The notes under the pieces: model-generated
What the model saw: only the letters and a program-made list of their open reading frames with translations
Databases searched by the model: none
What the model was told of the DNA's origin: nothing
Virus record (IMG/VR): IMGVR_UViG_3300028920_000002
Coordinates: 32,001-96,000 of that record
Length of the DNA stretch: 64,000 nt
Strand: one strand, 5' to 3'
Source: a virus
Part shown: in pieces, positions 8,081 to 17,325 of the stretch
How positions within the stretch are numbered: position 1 is the first letter of the stretch
How the letters are laid out: each line of letters begins with the position of its first letter
Program-made: the position numbers and the translations under genes

Positions 8081-9736
8081 ATGCACGACCTTCCATCCAT
8101 CACCCTTCTGCAGCAGGCTCACGCAGTCCCCAAGACCGGAGAAGAACTCGAAGTTCTCGGGAAGACCGCGGCTTGTAGGTATGAATCGGGTGAGTGCTCC
8201 AGTCTCAGCGATGCTGTGGTGGAGACCGTCAAACACGCCGGCCTCTCCCCGGAGCAGGTGAAACGGGTCACCGAGTTCACCAACCAGGCGGCGTACCTCA
8301 ACGAGTTCCGCAAGCTGGGGAGCAACCACAAGTACATCGAGTTCGACGGCGGCCCGGCCGACCCCGGCGCTGTGTTGAAGGACCTCAACGATGGGAGTGG
8401 CGGCACCGTCTTCGACCGTGGCGTCCTCGACTACGCCTCCCAGCCGTCGACTCCTGTGAAGACCGCATCCGTGAAGCGCAACATGGCTCGGCTGGAGAAG
8501 GTGGCTCAGCGCTTCATGAGCGATGCGGACTTGGCACAGTTCGCTGGCATGCAGCCGATGGGCATGGAGAATTGGCGGGACAACCCCATGTATCAGAACC
8601 AGCGGAAGCTGCAGCAGGTGGCGATGCTCAGTGCCATGACCGGCCGGCAGCCCATCAAGGTCGCTGCTGCTGAAGAGAAGCCGTTGCCCGGTAACGGGCT
8701 CGGTGAGCGAGGGAGGGGCGCTCCAGGACCGGGTTCTGGGTGTGACCAGCCGGGACGTCGGCTTGGGCAGAGGGGCGAGGTCCCCCGTAAGTTTAGGCAC
8801 CGCGCTGCGGATTTGTCGGCGGTGCAGCTCGCTGGTGAGCGGAAGCAGTCGTCGGCCGAGCTCGACTTCAACCCGGCCGAAGCCGCCTTCGAGGACATGT
8901 TCCGAGCCGACGGGCCGGAGACTGAGCCGTACCACGAGCCCATGCAGGACACGCTCGACATGAGGGAGAAGCTCGCCGGCGCGCGGGACCACCTGACGGG
9001 TGAGCTCGGAGGGCTCGAGCTCGCCTTCGGCGAGGTCCTCGAGGACATGTACCAGCAGGTCAAGCAGGCGGCGCTGCAGGGCGCGACGCTCGGCCAGGTA
9101 ATTCGTGCCTGGAACGACGTGGTCCCCGGGCCGGAGTACGTGAAGACCGCCTTCGCCCACATCGGCCCGCGCCTGCATGAGGAGGGAGTCTTCCCCTCCC
9201 TCGACTCCATCGGCGAGTCGCTCACCAAGACTGCGGCCACTGGGCTGGTAAACCACAGTCACCCTTTGGTCCAGTCCATGGCCGCGTATATCACCGTGCT
9301 CGATAAGCTGGCTCATGTGCGCGCAGCACGGGATGAGCTGGCTCAGGAGTTCGAGCGCATCGATTGGTTCGCCAAGCGTGCAGCTCCGACCGCTCAAGGG
9401 CTCAACATCATGAAGCGGATGGCCCAGAGTGGAGGGCTCATCCCAAAAGTGACGGGCGCTGCCAGGCGAGCGGGTGAAGCTGTAGCTCCTCGGGTGCAGC
9501 AGGTGGGGGAGGCCCTCCTAGGCGCCGGCTCTCCAGCCGCTGCGCAGATGGGGCAACTCGCTGGCGGCGCCGTCAAGTACACCCCGCATGCCGTTGCCGG
9601 ATTGGCCGGCCTCGAGGCGTACCAGCGCGCCAAGTACAACCCGGCCTTCCAGACGGCGAAGAACGCCCTGCTCGGCCGCATTCCCTACACCCACCCCTGG
9701 CAAGTTCGGCAGTACCAGCTGCAGATGGGAGCATGA
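8081..9736 (+). CDS. Internal head protein, KxA-motif rich (551 aa)
   Basis: KTA x4, KVA x2, KQS, KLA x2, KRA motifs; C-terminal Gly/Ala-rich amphipathic segment; RBS AGAGG. Confidence 0.7.
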   Translation: MHDLPSITLLQQAHAVPKTGEELEVLGKTAACRYESGECSSLSDAVVETVKHAGLSPEQVKRVTEFTNQAAYLNEFRKLGSNHKYIEFDGGPADPGAVLKDLNDGSGGTVFDRGVLDYASQPSTPVKTASVKRNMARLEKVAQRFMSDADLAQFAGMQPMGMENWRDNPMYQNQRKLQQVAMLSAMTGRQPIKVAAAEEKPLPGNGLGERGRGAPGPGSGCDQPGRRLGQRGEVPRKFRHRAADLSAVQLAGERKQSSAELDFNPAEAAFEDMFRADGPETEPYHEPMQDTLDMREKLAGARDHLTGELGGLELAFGEVLEDMYQQVKQAALQGATLGQVIRAWNDVVPGPEYVKTAFAHIGPRLHEEGVFPSLDSIGESLTKTAATGLVNHSHPLVQSMAAYITVLDKLAHVRAARDELAQEFERIDWFAKRAAPTAQGLNIMKRMAQSGGLIPKVTGAARRAGEAVAPRVQQVGEALLGAGSPAAAQMGQLAGGAVKYTPHAVAGLAGLEAYQRAKYNPAFQTAKNALLGRIPYTHPWQVRQYQLQMGA

Positions 9737-9737
9737 G

Positions 9738-10259
9738 ATGAGCCCGCTCGACGAGTACATGGAGCTACGCAAGGAGGCGGCCACCCAGATGCTTCTACCG
9801 GGCTTCAGGCGTGGGGCCGGTACGCTGATGAGGGAGTTCGGCCACTCTGCCGTCAGCCCCCAGGCTGTCGGTGAAATGGGCAGGGCCTTCGGCATCGGTG
9901 CGGTGGGTGCCGCCGGCGCGGCGATGTTCGGCGGAGCTGTGTCTGGTGTGCGCAAGCTCATGGGTGCAGCGAGCGCCAAGCGCGACTTCCGGGACATGAT
10001 GGACACCCACCCCGACCTGCACGACGTCCAGCAGGAGAACCCGCGCTTCTTCAACCAGGCGTACAAGTCGCTCAGGCGAATGAACCCGACCTACGCCAAG
10101 GACCCGATGATTGCCGGCAGCTACATGAAGAAGATGATGGCCTCCCCGGACACCGCGGGTTTGACGCTGGCACAGAGCTTCCGGCAGCCACAAGAGCACG
10201 GACAGCAGCCGCTCGGACTGCGCGTGGGCAAGGATTCGCCCGTCACCTTCAACGTCTGA
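9738..10259 (+). CDS. Small head-associated membrane-helix protein
   Basis: Start reassigned to ATG 9738, 1 nt after the previous stop; leader ends in RKEA; glycine zipper GIGAVGAAGAAMFGGAVSG. Confidence 0.75.
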   Translation: MSPLDEYMELRKEAATQMLLPGFRRGAGTLMREFGHSAVSPQAVGEMGRAFGIGAVGAAGAAMFGGAVSGVRKLMGAASAKRDFRDMMDTHPDLHDVQQENPRFFNQAYKSLRRMNPTYAKDPMIAGSYMKKMMASPDTAGLTLAQSFRQPQEHGQQPLGLRVGKDSPVTFNV

Positions 10260-10260
10260 G

Positions 10261-11961
10261 ATGCTCAAGGTCAGCACCTTCTTCGCCGAGAGTGACCACG
10301 GCCTCGCCGCGGTACCGCTCTTCGGCAAGGCTGACGCAGCCTTTGAGAAGACGGCAGCGGCGGGATTGCTGCCGGAGGTGATGGCCTACATCGAAGGACT
10401 GAGGCCCCGGCCAGGAGCTCAGTACGTTCTCGTCAACGCTATGGGCGCCGGCGAGTACTACGGCTCAAACATCAACGGCGACTACTTCGAGGAGAGCGGC
10501 CTCATCCACAAGCCCGATGGCTGGAGCGGCAACCCGCTGACCGACAAGCTGTTGGCGAAGAACTGGCACTACGGATTCCCCACCTTCTACAACGCTCATC
10601 CGTACGCCCATCACCGCAACAAGGACCCCAGCCGGGCCTACGGTGAGGTCGAACTCGCAGTGTGGAACGACCACATGAAGCGGGTTGAACTCGTAGTCCG
10701 TGTGGACCTGGACAAGTGCAACAAGTTCGGAGGGGTCAGCGTCTGGGACCGGCTCAAAGAAGGTCAGTTCCCTGACGTCAGCATGGGCTCTCGTGTGCCG
10801 TTCGACCTGAGCTCCGTCAATACAGACTGGGAGTTGTACCGTAAGGCACTGGCGGGCTTCCGCCCAGGTAAACATAAGCATCCTGGCTTGGCGGTGGTGG
10901 AATTCCACAAGAAGCTCAAGGCCGAAAACGGTGTGGGCATCAAGGGTGTCTCCATCACCCGCAATGACTACGACGAGTGGACGAAGAATCACATGAACCG
11001 CATCCTGCCCGATGGCAGGAAGGTCTTCGTCTACAACCCGTTCCCCCGCTTCTTCGACATCAGCTTCGTCTTCATCGGCGCGGACAAGACCGCCAAGGTG
11101 ATGGTGTTCATCATCCGCTGTGGAGGCCCGAAGTACGTCTCCTCTGCCGATGCTGCAGAGAAGCTTGGGTACGATGAAGTAGCTACAGAGCGGCTCGAGC
11201 GCGCTGCTTCGGAAGGCGTGAAGACCGCCAGCATTGCTGATGAACTTTTGAAGAGTGCGTTCCTCGGCAAGAAGAGTGAGATTGAGAAGGAGGTCGTGCC
11301 ATCGCAGTTCGCGAGCAAGGCCATTCCGGTCCTGACCAAGTGCGAGAAGGACCTACCGGAGGAGGCGGTCAAGGCGCTGGCCTCCGTGCCCGAGAAGAAT
11401 GCGCTCTCTACCCTCAGCGGAATGGGGATTGTGCTCCGGCCTCGGGAGTTTCAGCGCATCACCCTCATTCGTGAGGGCAAGGGACCGTTGGCGGACCAGC
11501 TCAGTGAGGCGGACCAGCTCTTTCCAAAGAGCAAGGACAGCTTGCCGATGGCCCTTTCTGCAGGCGATTTCATGCCTGCTCTGGCCCGGCTGCTGATGCC
11601 CTTGATGATGGAGCGTTCAGCGCTGGGCCCGTACGTCGAGAAGCGTGTTGTAGTCGTTGATTCTGACAAGAAACCCACCAAAGAAACGGCCACTTCCCAT
11701 CCAGACGAAAGTCTCCGTAAGATGAGTGCTGCGTACAACGGGTACCGGCAGAGTTTGATGGATACAGTGGCGCACACCCAAGAGCTCATCGAGTCAGCAG
11801 CGCTGCCTGAAGACGTCGAGTTGCGAAAGCTCGCTGCCGCACCCGCTGAAGAAGTCTTCACCCAGTTGGCGGTCAACTACTTGGAAGACGCTTTCATGGA
11901 TGAAGCACCGTTTGCCGTTACGGAAAACACGGTGGTACAACCCAAGGACCTCAGGCGATAG
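10261..11961 (+). CDS. Prohead (capsid maturation) serine protease, HK97/assemblin fold
   Basis: Candidate His in AHHRNKD, YGEV...VELVV, candidate Ser nucleophile in VSMG, FFDISFVFIGAD; lies between terminase and capsid genes. Confidence 0.82.
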   Translation: MLKVSTFFAESDHGLAAVPLFGKADAAFEKTAAAGLLPEVMAYIEGLRPRPGAQYVLVNAMGAGEYYGSNINGDYFEESGLIHKPDGWSGNPLTDKLLAKNWHYGFPTFYNAHPYAHHRNKDPSRAYGEVELAVWNDHMKRVELVVRVDLDKCNKFGGVSVWDRLKEGQFPDVSMGSRVPFDLSSVNTDWELYRKALAGFRPGKHKHPGLAVVEFHKKLKAENGVGIKGVSITRNDYDEWTKNHMNRILPDGRKVFVYNPFPRFFDISFVFIGADKTAKVMVFIIRCGGPKYVSSADAAEKLGYDEVATERLERAASEGVKTASIADELLKSAFLGKKSEIEKEVVPSQFASKAIPVLTKCEKDLPEEAVKALASVPEKNALSTLSGMGIVLRPREFQRITLIREGKGPLADQLSEADQLFPKSKDSLPMALSAGDFMPALARLLMPLMMERSALGPYVEKRVVVVDSDKKPTKETATSHPDESLRKMSAAYNGYRQSLMDTVAHTQELIESAALPEDVELRKLAAAPAEEVFTQLAVNYLEDAFMDEAPFAVTENTVVQPKDLRR

Positions 11962-12034
11962 CCGGCGTGGAGAGGGGTCTCCCCCTCGAGGAACACGTGG
12001 AGTAACTCAGAGACCCAATCCCACGGAGAATCCC

Positions 12035-13027
12035 ATGAACGAGTGGCTCGCGCAGATGTACGGCACCAACACGGACCCCCAGGTCGTCGAAGAAGAGCAG
12101 GCCAAGCTGGCGCAGGTGGAACTGTTCGCCAAGCTCGCCTCCGATTCCGGCGTCGACCTCGACGAGTACACGGATGAGCAAATCCAGGAGCTCTTCAACG
12201 AGGTCATGCTCAAGGAAGCTCAGGAGAACGAGCCCGGCGAGGGCGCTGCTCACGAGAAGTCCGAGTCCAAGGCCAAGGAAGAGGGCGAGGACGAGGGCGA
12301 GGCCGCGACCAAAGAGAAGGCCAAGGAGGAGTTCGCCGAGAAGAAGGCGTTCTCCGAGAAGTTCGCCGAGGCCGACTTCATGGGACGCGTGATGGCCCAC
12401 GCCTTCACTCAGGAGAAGGACGCCATCGAGAAGACCGCCAAGGAGGACAAGAAGCCTCTGAGCGAGCGCGTTGGTGAGGCAGCTGGCCGCAACCTGGAGA
12501 AGGGCACGGCGGCCGTCGGTGGTGGCTACGGCGGCGCAGTGGGTGGTGTCGGTGGTGCGGTTGCGGCGCGCAAGGCCGGCGAGAAGATTGTCGGCAAGCA
12601 CTGGGTCCGCTCCCAGCAGGGAGGCAAGCTCGGCCGGCTCGGCAAGGCCATCGGCGGCAAGAAGGGCCAGATTGCCGGCGCCGCTCTCGGTGCGGCAGGC
12701 GGTGCGGCAGCCGGCGGGCTCGCCGGTCGCGGCTACGGTCGGTTCGCCAAGGGAATGACCCGAGGTGCGGCCGAGGAGAAGAAGGCGTCGGCCACTCCGA
12801 ACCTCGACCTCATCGCGGCAGAGCACGCCGTGAAGATTGCCGAAGCGGCGGAGTACGACACCGATGAGGCCATCGAGCGCCTCAACGCGGTGCTGACCCT
12901 CGGCGTCGAGGACAGTGAGAAGCTGGCCTACGCGCCCGACGAGGAGACGGCCGTTCACATCCGCGGGCTCGAGCTGCTCGAGTCTGCCGGCTACCCGGTC
13001 AACTGGGAGGAAGTCTTCGGCGAGTAG
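12035..13027 (+). CDS. Scaffold-like/internal head protein with glycine-zipper insert
   Basis: Start at ATG 12035 with RBS ACGGAGA; acidic helical ends, 8 KxA motifs, Gly-zipper block bounded by EKTA and EKKA. Confidence 0.72.
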   Translation: MNEWLAQMYGTNTDPQVVEEEQAKLAQVELFAKLASDSGVDLDEYTDEQIQELFNEVMLKEAQENEPGEGAAHEKSESKAKEEGEDEGEAATKEKAKEEFAEKKAFSEKFAEADFMGRVMAHAFTQEKDAIEKTAKEDKKPLSERVGEAAGRNLEKGTAAVGGGYGGAVGGVGGAVAARKAGEKIVGKHWVRSQQGGKLGRLGKAIGGKKGQIAGAALGAAGGAAAGGLAGRGYGRFAKGMTRGAAEEKKASATPNLDLIAAEHAVKIAEAAEYDTDEAIERLNAVLTLGVEDSEKLAYAPDEETAVHIRGLELLESAGYPVNWEEVFGE

Positions 13028-13046
13028 AGCTCTGGTGAGGTGATGG

Positions 13047-14528
13047 GTGGTTCTCTGGCACAAACTGGCTGCTTCGTCCGGGTCGGGATTACCCGACCCG
13101 ACGCAGTCCGAGGCCAATCTGGGTCAGGTGCCACCCGTGGCCATCGCGAACAAGCCGCCCCCGGGCCGCACGGGACCGCGGGGCTTGCAGCCACGTCAAA
13201 CGTACTCCCGCGTGAACACGGGGAGTCCACCGGTGCCTGATGCAGGAGCTTCGTCCCAGAAAGCCTCACCCCCTCGAGGGATGGAGTTCCTCCCGCAGAA
13301 GGTGGCTCACTCAGAGGAAGGTTTCATGAACAGCATGATGCGCAAGCCGCTTCTTCAGGACCTCGTCAAGGAGGCGATGGAGGGGACGGTTCAGAAGGTG
13401 AATGTCACGGCGGAAGCTCTCCGTCAGTTCGGTGGCTACCCGAACGACGAGGAACAGACCAAGACCGCGTCTGTCGAAGAGCCGTCAGTCCTGAATGGCG
13501 AGTTCGTGGAGAAGCTCGCCTCGGCGCTCGAGTACATCTCCGACGCGCTCGAGAAGGACGCCGCCAACCCCAACTCTCCCGACAACGCCTCCCCCGGCGT
13601 CGGACCTGGTCAGGGTCAGAACACCCTGCAGGTCATGAAGGCCGAGTCCAGCGAAGAGAACATCGACGCTGGCGAGGGTGGCAAGGCGGTGCCCAAGGAG
13701 CAGCCGCCCATGAACCCGTCGCTTCAGAGCGTCCCGGGTCAGAGTTCTGACCCATCCAACGCTCTCGAGAGCAACGACTCCATGATGCACGGCGAGCAGC
13801 CCGTCGAGCCCATCAGCAACGAGAAGGCCAGCATCAAGGCGGCCCAGGCCCTGTTCGAGAAGAACTTGGAGCGGCTCGGCCTGCCCAAGGAGGCATCTCG
13901 TACGCTCCAGGCGCCACCGCAGGCCAAGCTCGGCGGGGCCAACCAGGAGCTGCTCGCCAAGAACCTGGCGCGCCTCGGCTTCCAGAAGCAGGCTGAGGAT
14001 GCCATCAACCCGGCGCAAATCTCCGCCGGGCCCGCACCCGCGCAGGGCGCCGCTGCTCCTCCTGGAGTGAGCGAGGCGGAGAAGGGGCCCATCCCGGCCG
14101 AGCCCAGCGACGTCAACAGCCAGAAGCGCCTCATCGCTTCCAACGACGCGGCTATCAACTACAGCAAGCGCGACGCGAAGGCCGACCCGAAGAAGGACAT
14201 GGGCAATCTGTTGGCCGAGCCGATGCAGAGCAAGGCCACCGACAAGACCCTGAGCCGGGTCTGGGACCACACCGACCAGGCCGGCGCGAAGATTGCCGGC
14301 GACATGACCCGCACCGCCGCGGCTCGGGCTCTGCTCGCGAAGCTGGCCTCGAAGCAGGAGACCAAGACCGCCGAGGGTGAGAGCTGTGCCTCCGGCGAGG
14401 ACAAGGTCCGCAGTGCGGTCGCCAAGGCAGTCAAGGGCAAGGAGAAGGACTCGCAGGGTATGGGCGGACCGACCCCGACTCCCGAGGGCCACTCCGGTTT
14501 CCGGTCCGCTGACGTCGGCGGCATGTAG
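13047..14528 (+). CDS. Scaffold-like/internal head protein, Pro/Ala-rich, KxA-motif rich
   Basis: GTG start with RBS GAGG; about a dozen KxA motifs; second in-frame ATG with its own RBS at 13326. Confidence 0.7.
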   Translation: MVLWHKLAASSGSGLPDPTQSEANLGQVPPVAIANKPPPGRTGPRGLQPRQTYSRVNTGSPPVPDAGASSQKASPPRGMEFLPQKVAHSEEGFMNSMMRKPLLQDLVKEAMEGTVQKVNVTAEALRQFGGYPNDEEQTKTASVEEPSVLNGEFVEKLASALEYISDALEKDAANPNSPDNASPGVGPGQGQNTLQVMKAESSEENIDAGEGGKAVPKEQPPMNPSLQSVPGQSSDPSNALESNDSMMHGEQPVEPISNEKASIKAAQALFEKNLERLGLPKEASRTLQAPPQAKLGGANQELLAKNLARLGFQKQAEDAINPAQISAGPAPAQGAAAPPGVSEAEKGPIPAEPSDVNSQKRLIASNDAAINYSKRDAKADPKKDMGNLLAEPMQSKATDKTLSRVWDHTDQAGAKIAGDMTRTAAARALLAKLASKQETKTAEGESCASGEDKVRSAVAKAVKGKEKDSQGMGGPTPTPEGHSGFRSADVGGM

Positions 14529-14536
14529 GAGCCATC

Positions 14537-14923
14537 ATGAACGACCAGGAAAAGCAGAAGGTTGCGCAGGTCCTCAAGGACGCCGCCGCCGGCATGCGTC
14601 AGCTCCAGGCGGAGCGAGATGCGGCCATCACCATGGCGGCCAGCCACCAGGAGAAGCTGGCCACCATCGAACGTCGGCTCATGGCCGAGAAGGTCGCTGC
14701 GGAGATGCACCGTAAGGGTCTCCGCACCGACGAGAACTTCAGCGACCTCGCAGACGACCTAGAAAAGGCCGCTGCCGAGGGCAAGCTGGCGACGATTCAG
14801 GAAGCGGTGGACATGGTGGCACCAGACATGGGCATCAAGACCGCCTCCATCAACCACGACACGGCGCAGGCCGGCTCGGGCACCTCGGAGCTCGAAGCCT
14901 TCCTCGTCGGGCAAGTCGGCTAG
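14537..14923 (+). CDS. Coiled-coil scaffolding protein
   Basis: RBS AGGAG; 128-aa helical protein with 7 KxA motifs, two genes upstream of the capsid gene. Confidence 0.7.
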   Translation: MNDQEKQKVAQVLKDAAAGMRQLQAERDAAITMAASHQEKLATIERRLMAEKVAAEMHRKGLRTDENFSDLADDLEKAAAEGKLATIQEAVDMVAPDMGIKTASINHDTAQAGSGTSELEAFLVGQVG

Positions 14924-14974
14924 TCCGACGAGGACCATTCAAGGAGTCCTTCCCCAGGAAAGCAGGAGACAATC

Positions 14975-15520
14975 ATGAGCACCATCCAGAAGGTCAACTT
15001 CGAGAACGTCTCGAACATGATGCAGGTCCAGACGCGGGACTTCGAGCTGGCGGCTGCGCAGAAGGTCATCGTCAACCCGCTCAACGCCAACGCGCTCATC
15101 GACGGCGAGTGGATGAACTTCGACAGCACCGGCAAGCTCGTCCGCGCCGTGGACATCAGCGGAGCAGAGGGCACGGCAGCCACCGCCATCAGCTGGCCGG
15201 CATGGGGCGAGCGGGGGCGTACCGACTGGCAGGCTCTCGGCGGCCGGAAGATTCCGCTGCTGTGGCTCGGCCCGTGGGAGTTCGACACCCGCGTGTTCAA
15301 GGCCACCGGCGTCGGCGCGCTCACGGACATCACCGCCATCGGCCAGGCCGTTCAGGTCGCGGTCATCGACATCGGCGGTACGAAGTACGCCGGCCTCGCT
15401 GGACACGACGGTGGCCCGCAGGTGGGTGGCACCGACACAGGCATCATCGTGGCGCGCGTCGTGCGCCTCCCGGCCAACAACGGCGGCAAGCTGCGGATTC
15501 GCGGAGGCATGCTGTACTGA
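14975..15520 (+). CDS. Head decoration/cement protein
   Basis: RBS AGGAG, very high GC3, beta-rich 181 aa, immediately upstream of the major capsid gene. Confidence 0.62.
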   Translation: MSTIQKVNFENVSNMMQVQTRDFELAAAQKVIVNPLNANALIDGEWMNFDSTGKLVRAVDISGAEGTAATAISWPAWGERGRTDWQALGGRKIPLLWLGPWEFDTRVFKATGVGALTDITAIGQAVQVAVIDIGGTKYAGLAGHDGGPQVGGTDTGIIVARVVRLPANNGGKLRIRGGMLY

Positions 15521-15576
15521 GCAGCGCGCCTTCCTAACCTCTCTGGCCACCAAGGACTGAACCAAGGAGAACCATC

Positions 15577-16704
15577 ATGAGCAGCGTCGTTTCACCGCGA
15601 ATGCTGAACGACCTCTTCGCGCAGAAGCTGAACACGCAGGAGGGCAAGGAAAAGATTGCCCAGTACGGCGGCAGCTACATCCGCGACCGGCTACGCGAGG
15701 TCAGCTTCGCACGCAAGATTCTTCCGCCGGAGCAGGTCACGCGCAACGACTGCCAGCGGTCCACGAACCACGACACCCTCGTGAAAATCGTGGACATCGA
15801 GCCGCAGTCCCGCGCGATGGCCATCACGTTCCGGGGGCAGCCCTCCGCCCGCTTCATCCGCGCGCCCCGCGCGGAGTGCGCGTTCTTCACCATCAGCTCG
15901 GAAATCTTCCAGAAGACCGAGCAGGAACTGCTGGCCTACGAGATGCCCATCACCAAGGTCATCGAGGAGAACAGCGTGAAGGACATCCAGGAAATCGAGG
16001 ACCGCGAGTTCCTGCTGCACATCGAAGCGGCCGTGCAAGCCCTGCAGACCGAGGCCAATGGCGGGACGCCGACGGCGCTCAACAACACGGCCATCGGCAC
16101 GACGGTCGAGTTCAGCGTCCGCAAGGGCGAGCTGGCTCGGGCGTCCGGCGTGGGCGACGACGCCGTGGTGCGGCCCATCCAGCGGGTGGACATCGTCAAC
16201 CTGTTCAAGATGCTGGACGGGAATCGGCTGCGCGCCGAGCGCATGCTGATGACCGAGGTCGACTACGACGACATCCTTCAGTGGACCGTCGAGGACCAGG
16301 GCGACCGCATCCAGTCGGAGACCACGGTCGACGGCTACAAGTACAACACGCTGCTCGGGCGTGCGTACATCCGCACCATCAAGACGGACCTGCTTCGACC
16401 GGGCAACGTCTACATCTTCACCGCTCCGCAGTTCTTCGGCCGGTTCTTCATCCTGAACCAGACCAAGTTCTACATCGACAAGGTCGCCAACCTCATCTCC
16501 TGGCAAGCCTGGGAGGACATCGGCATGCTGGTGGCCAACATCGCGTCGGTGCGGAAGATGGAGCTGTACTCGGCGGACGCCAACCCGTCCACCGACGCCG
16601 ACAGCCTCCTCGCCAACTTCATTCCGAAGGAGGAGGAAGAACTGGGAGCGGTCAACAACCGCGTCGACTCGGGACTCAAGTTCCCGCAGGTCGTCCAGTT
16701 CTAG
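15577..16704 (+). CDS. Major capsid protein (HK97 fold)
   Basis: RBS AAGGAG, extreme codon bias, 375 aa, IRDRLREVSFARKILPP N-arm pattern, followed by a terminator. Confidence 0.85.
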   Translation: MSSVVSPRMLNDLFAQKLNTQEGKEKIAQYGGSYIRDRLREVSFARKILPPEQVTRNDCQRSTNHDTLVKIVDIEPQSRAMAITFRGQPSARFIRAPRAECAFFTISSEIFQKTEQELLAYEMPITKVIEENSVKDIQEIEDREFLLHIEAAVQALQTEANGGTPTALNNTAIGTTVEFSVRKGELARASGVGDDAVVRPIQRVDIVNLFKMLDGNRLRAERMLMTEVDYDDILQWTVEDQGDRIQSETTVDGYKYNTLLGRAYIRTIKTDLLRPGNVYIFTAPQFFGRFFILNQTKFYIDKVANLISWQAWEDIGMLVANIASVRKMELYSADANPSTDADSLLANFIPKEEEELGAVNNRVDSGLKFPQVVQF

Positions 16705-16735
16705 TCGCAGTTCCGCCCTTGGTCGGCCCGGAGTT

Positions 16736-16774
16736 GGGCGCCGGCGCCTCCGGTGTGTCGGCGCCCTTCTTCGT
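16736..16774 (+). terminator. Rho-independent terminator after the capsid gene
   Basis: 12-bp stem GGGCGCCGGCGC/GTGTCGGCGCCC (two G-U pairs), 7-nt loop, followed by TTCTTCGT. Confidence 0.7.
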
Positions 16775-16812
16775 ATGGGCCGTAGGGGCCAACCTCAACA
16801 GGAGAACAGACC

Positions 16813-17325
16813 GTGGCCGCCAAGAAGAAGCCCGAGTTCTACCAGATTCGTTCGGCCGTTCGTACGCTCGACACGCGAGTGCAGCGCGTCACGTCACCGG
16901 CCCGGCACCGCTTCACCTACATGTTGGGTGGTGGGCTGGTCCGCCTGACCCGCAAGCGCCCGGCCACTGTGTCGGCGGACGTGCTTCAGAAGCTCCTGCC
17001 TGAGCTCAAGGACAAGGAGCAGCAGGGCATTCTCGTCGTCACCAACGCTGCGGGCGAGCGGCTCGACCTCAACAGCCTCAAGGTGGTGAGCAAGCCGGCT
17101 CCGGCTTCGCCGCTGCCCAACATCCAGCCCGACTCTATCGCCAACGACAAGAACGAGGGCATCGGCAAGCCGATGGCACCCGAGGAGGGCGCACTGCCTG
17201 AGGGAGCCGTCGTGCCCGCTCCGGTGGTCACCCGACCGGACCGCATTCCCGAGGGCATTGAAGAGCCTGACGGAGCCCCCGAAGTCGTCGAGAAGAAGAA
17301 GGGCGGTCGCCGGAAGAAGGGCTGA
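16813..17325 (+). CDS. Hypothetical protein following capsid gene
   Basis: GTG start, RBS AGGAG, basic N- and C-termini. Confidence 0.75.
   Translation: MAAKKKPEFYQIRSAVRTLDTRVQRVTSPARHRFTYMLGGGLVRLTRKRPATVSADVLQKLLPELKDKEQQGILVVTNAAGERLDLNSLKVVSKPAPASPLPNIQPDSIANDKNEGIGKPMAPEEGALPEGAVVPAPVVTRPDRIPEGIEEPDGAPEVVEKKKGGRRKKG

Noticed and set aside
11975-13290. Short shared words CCCCTCGAGG and GAACACG(T)GGAGT at about 11980-12003 and 13210-13285
   Set aside because: Too short in GC-rich DNA, order differs between the two sites, and the second set is inside coding sequence
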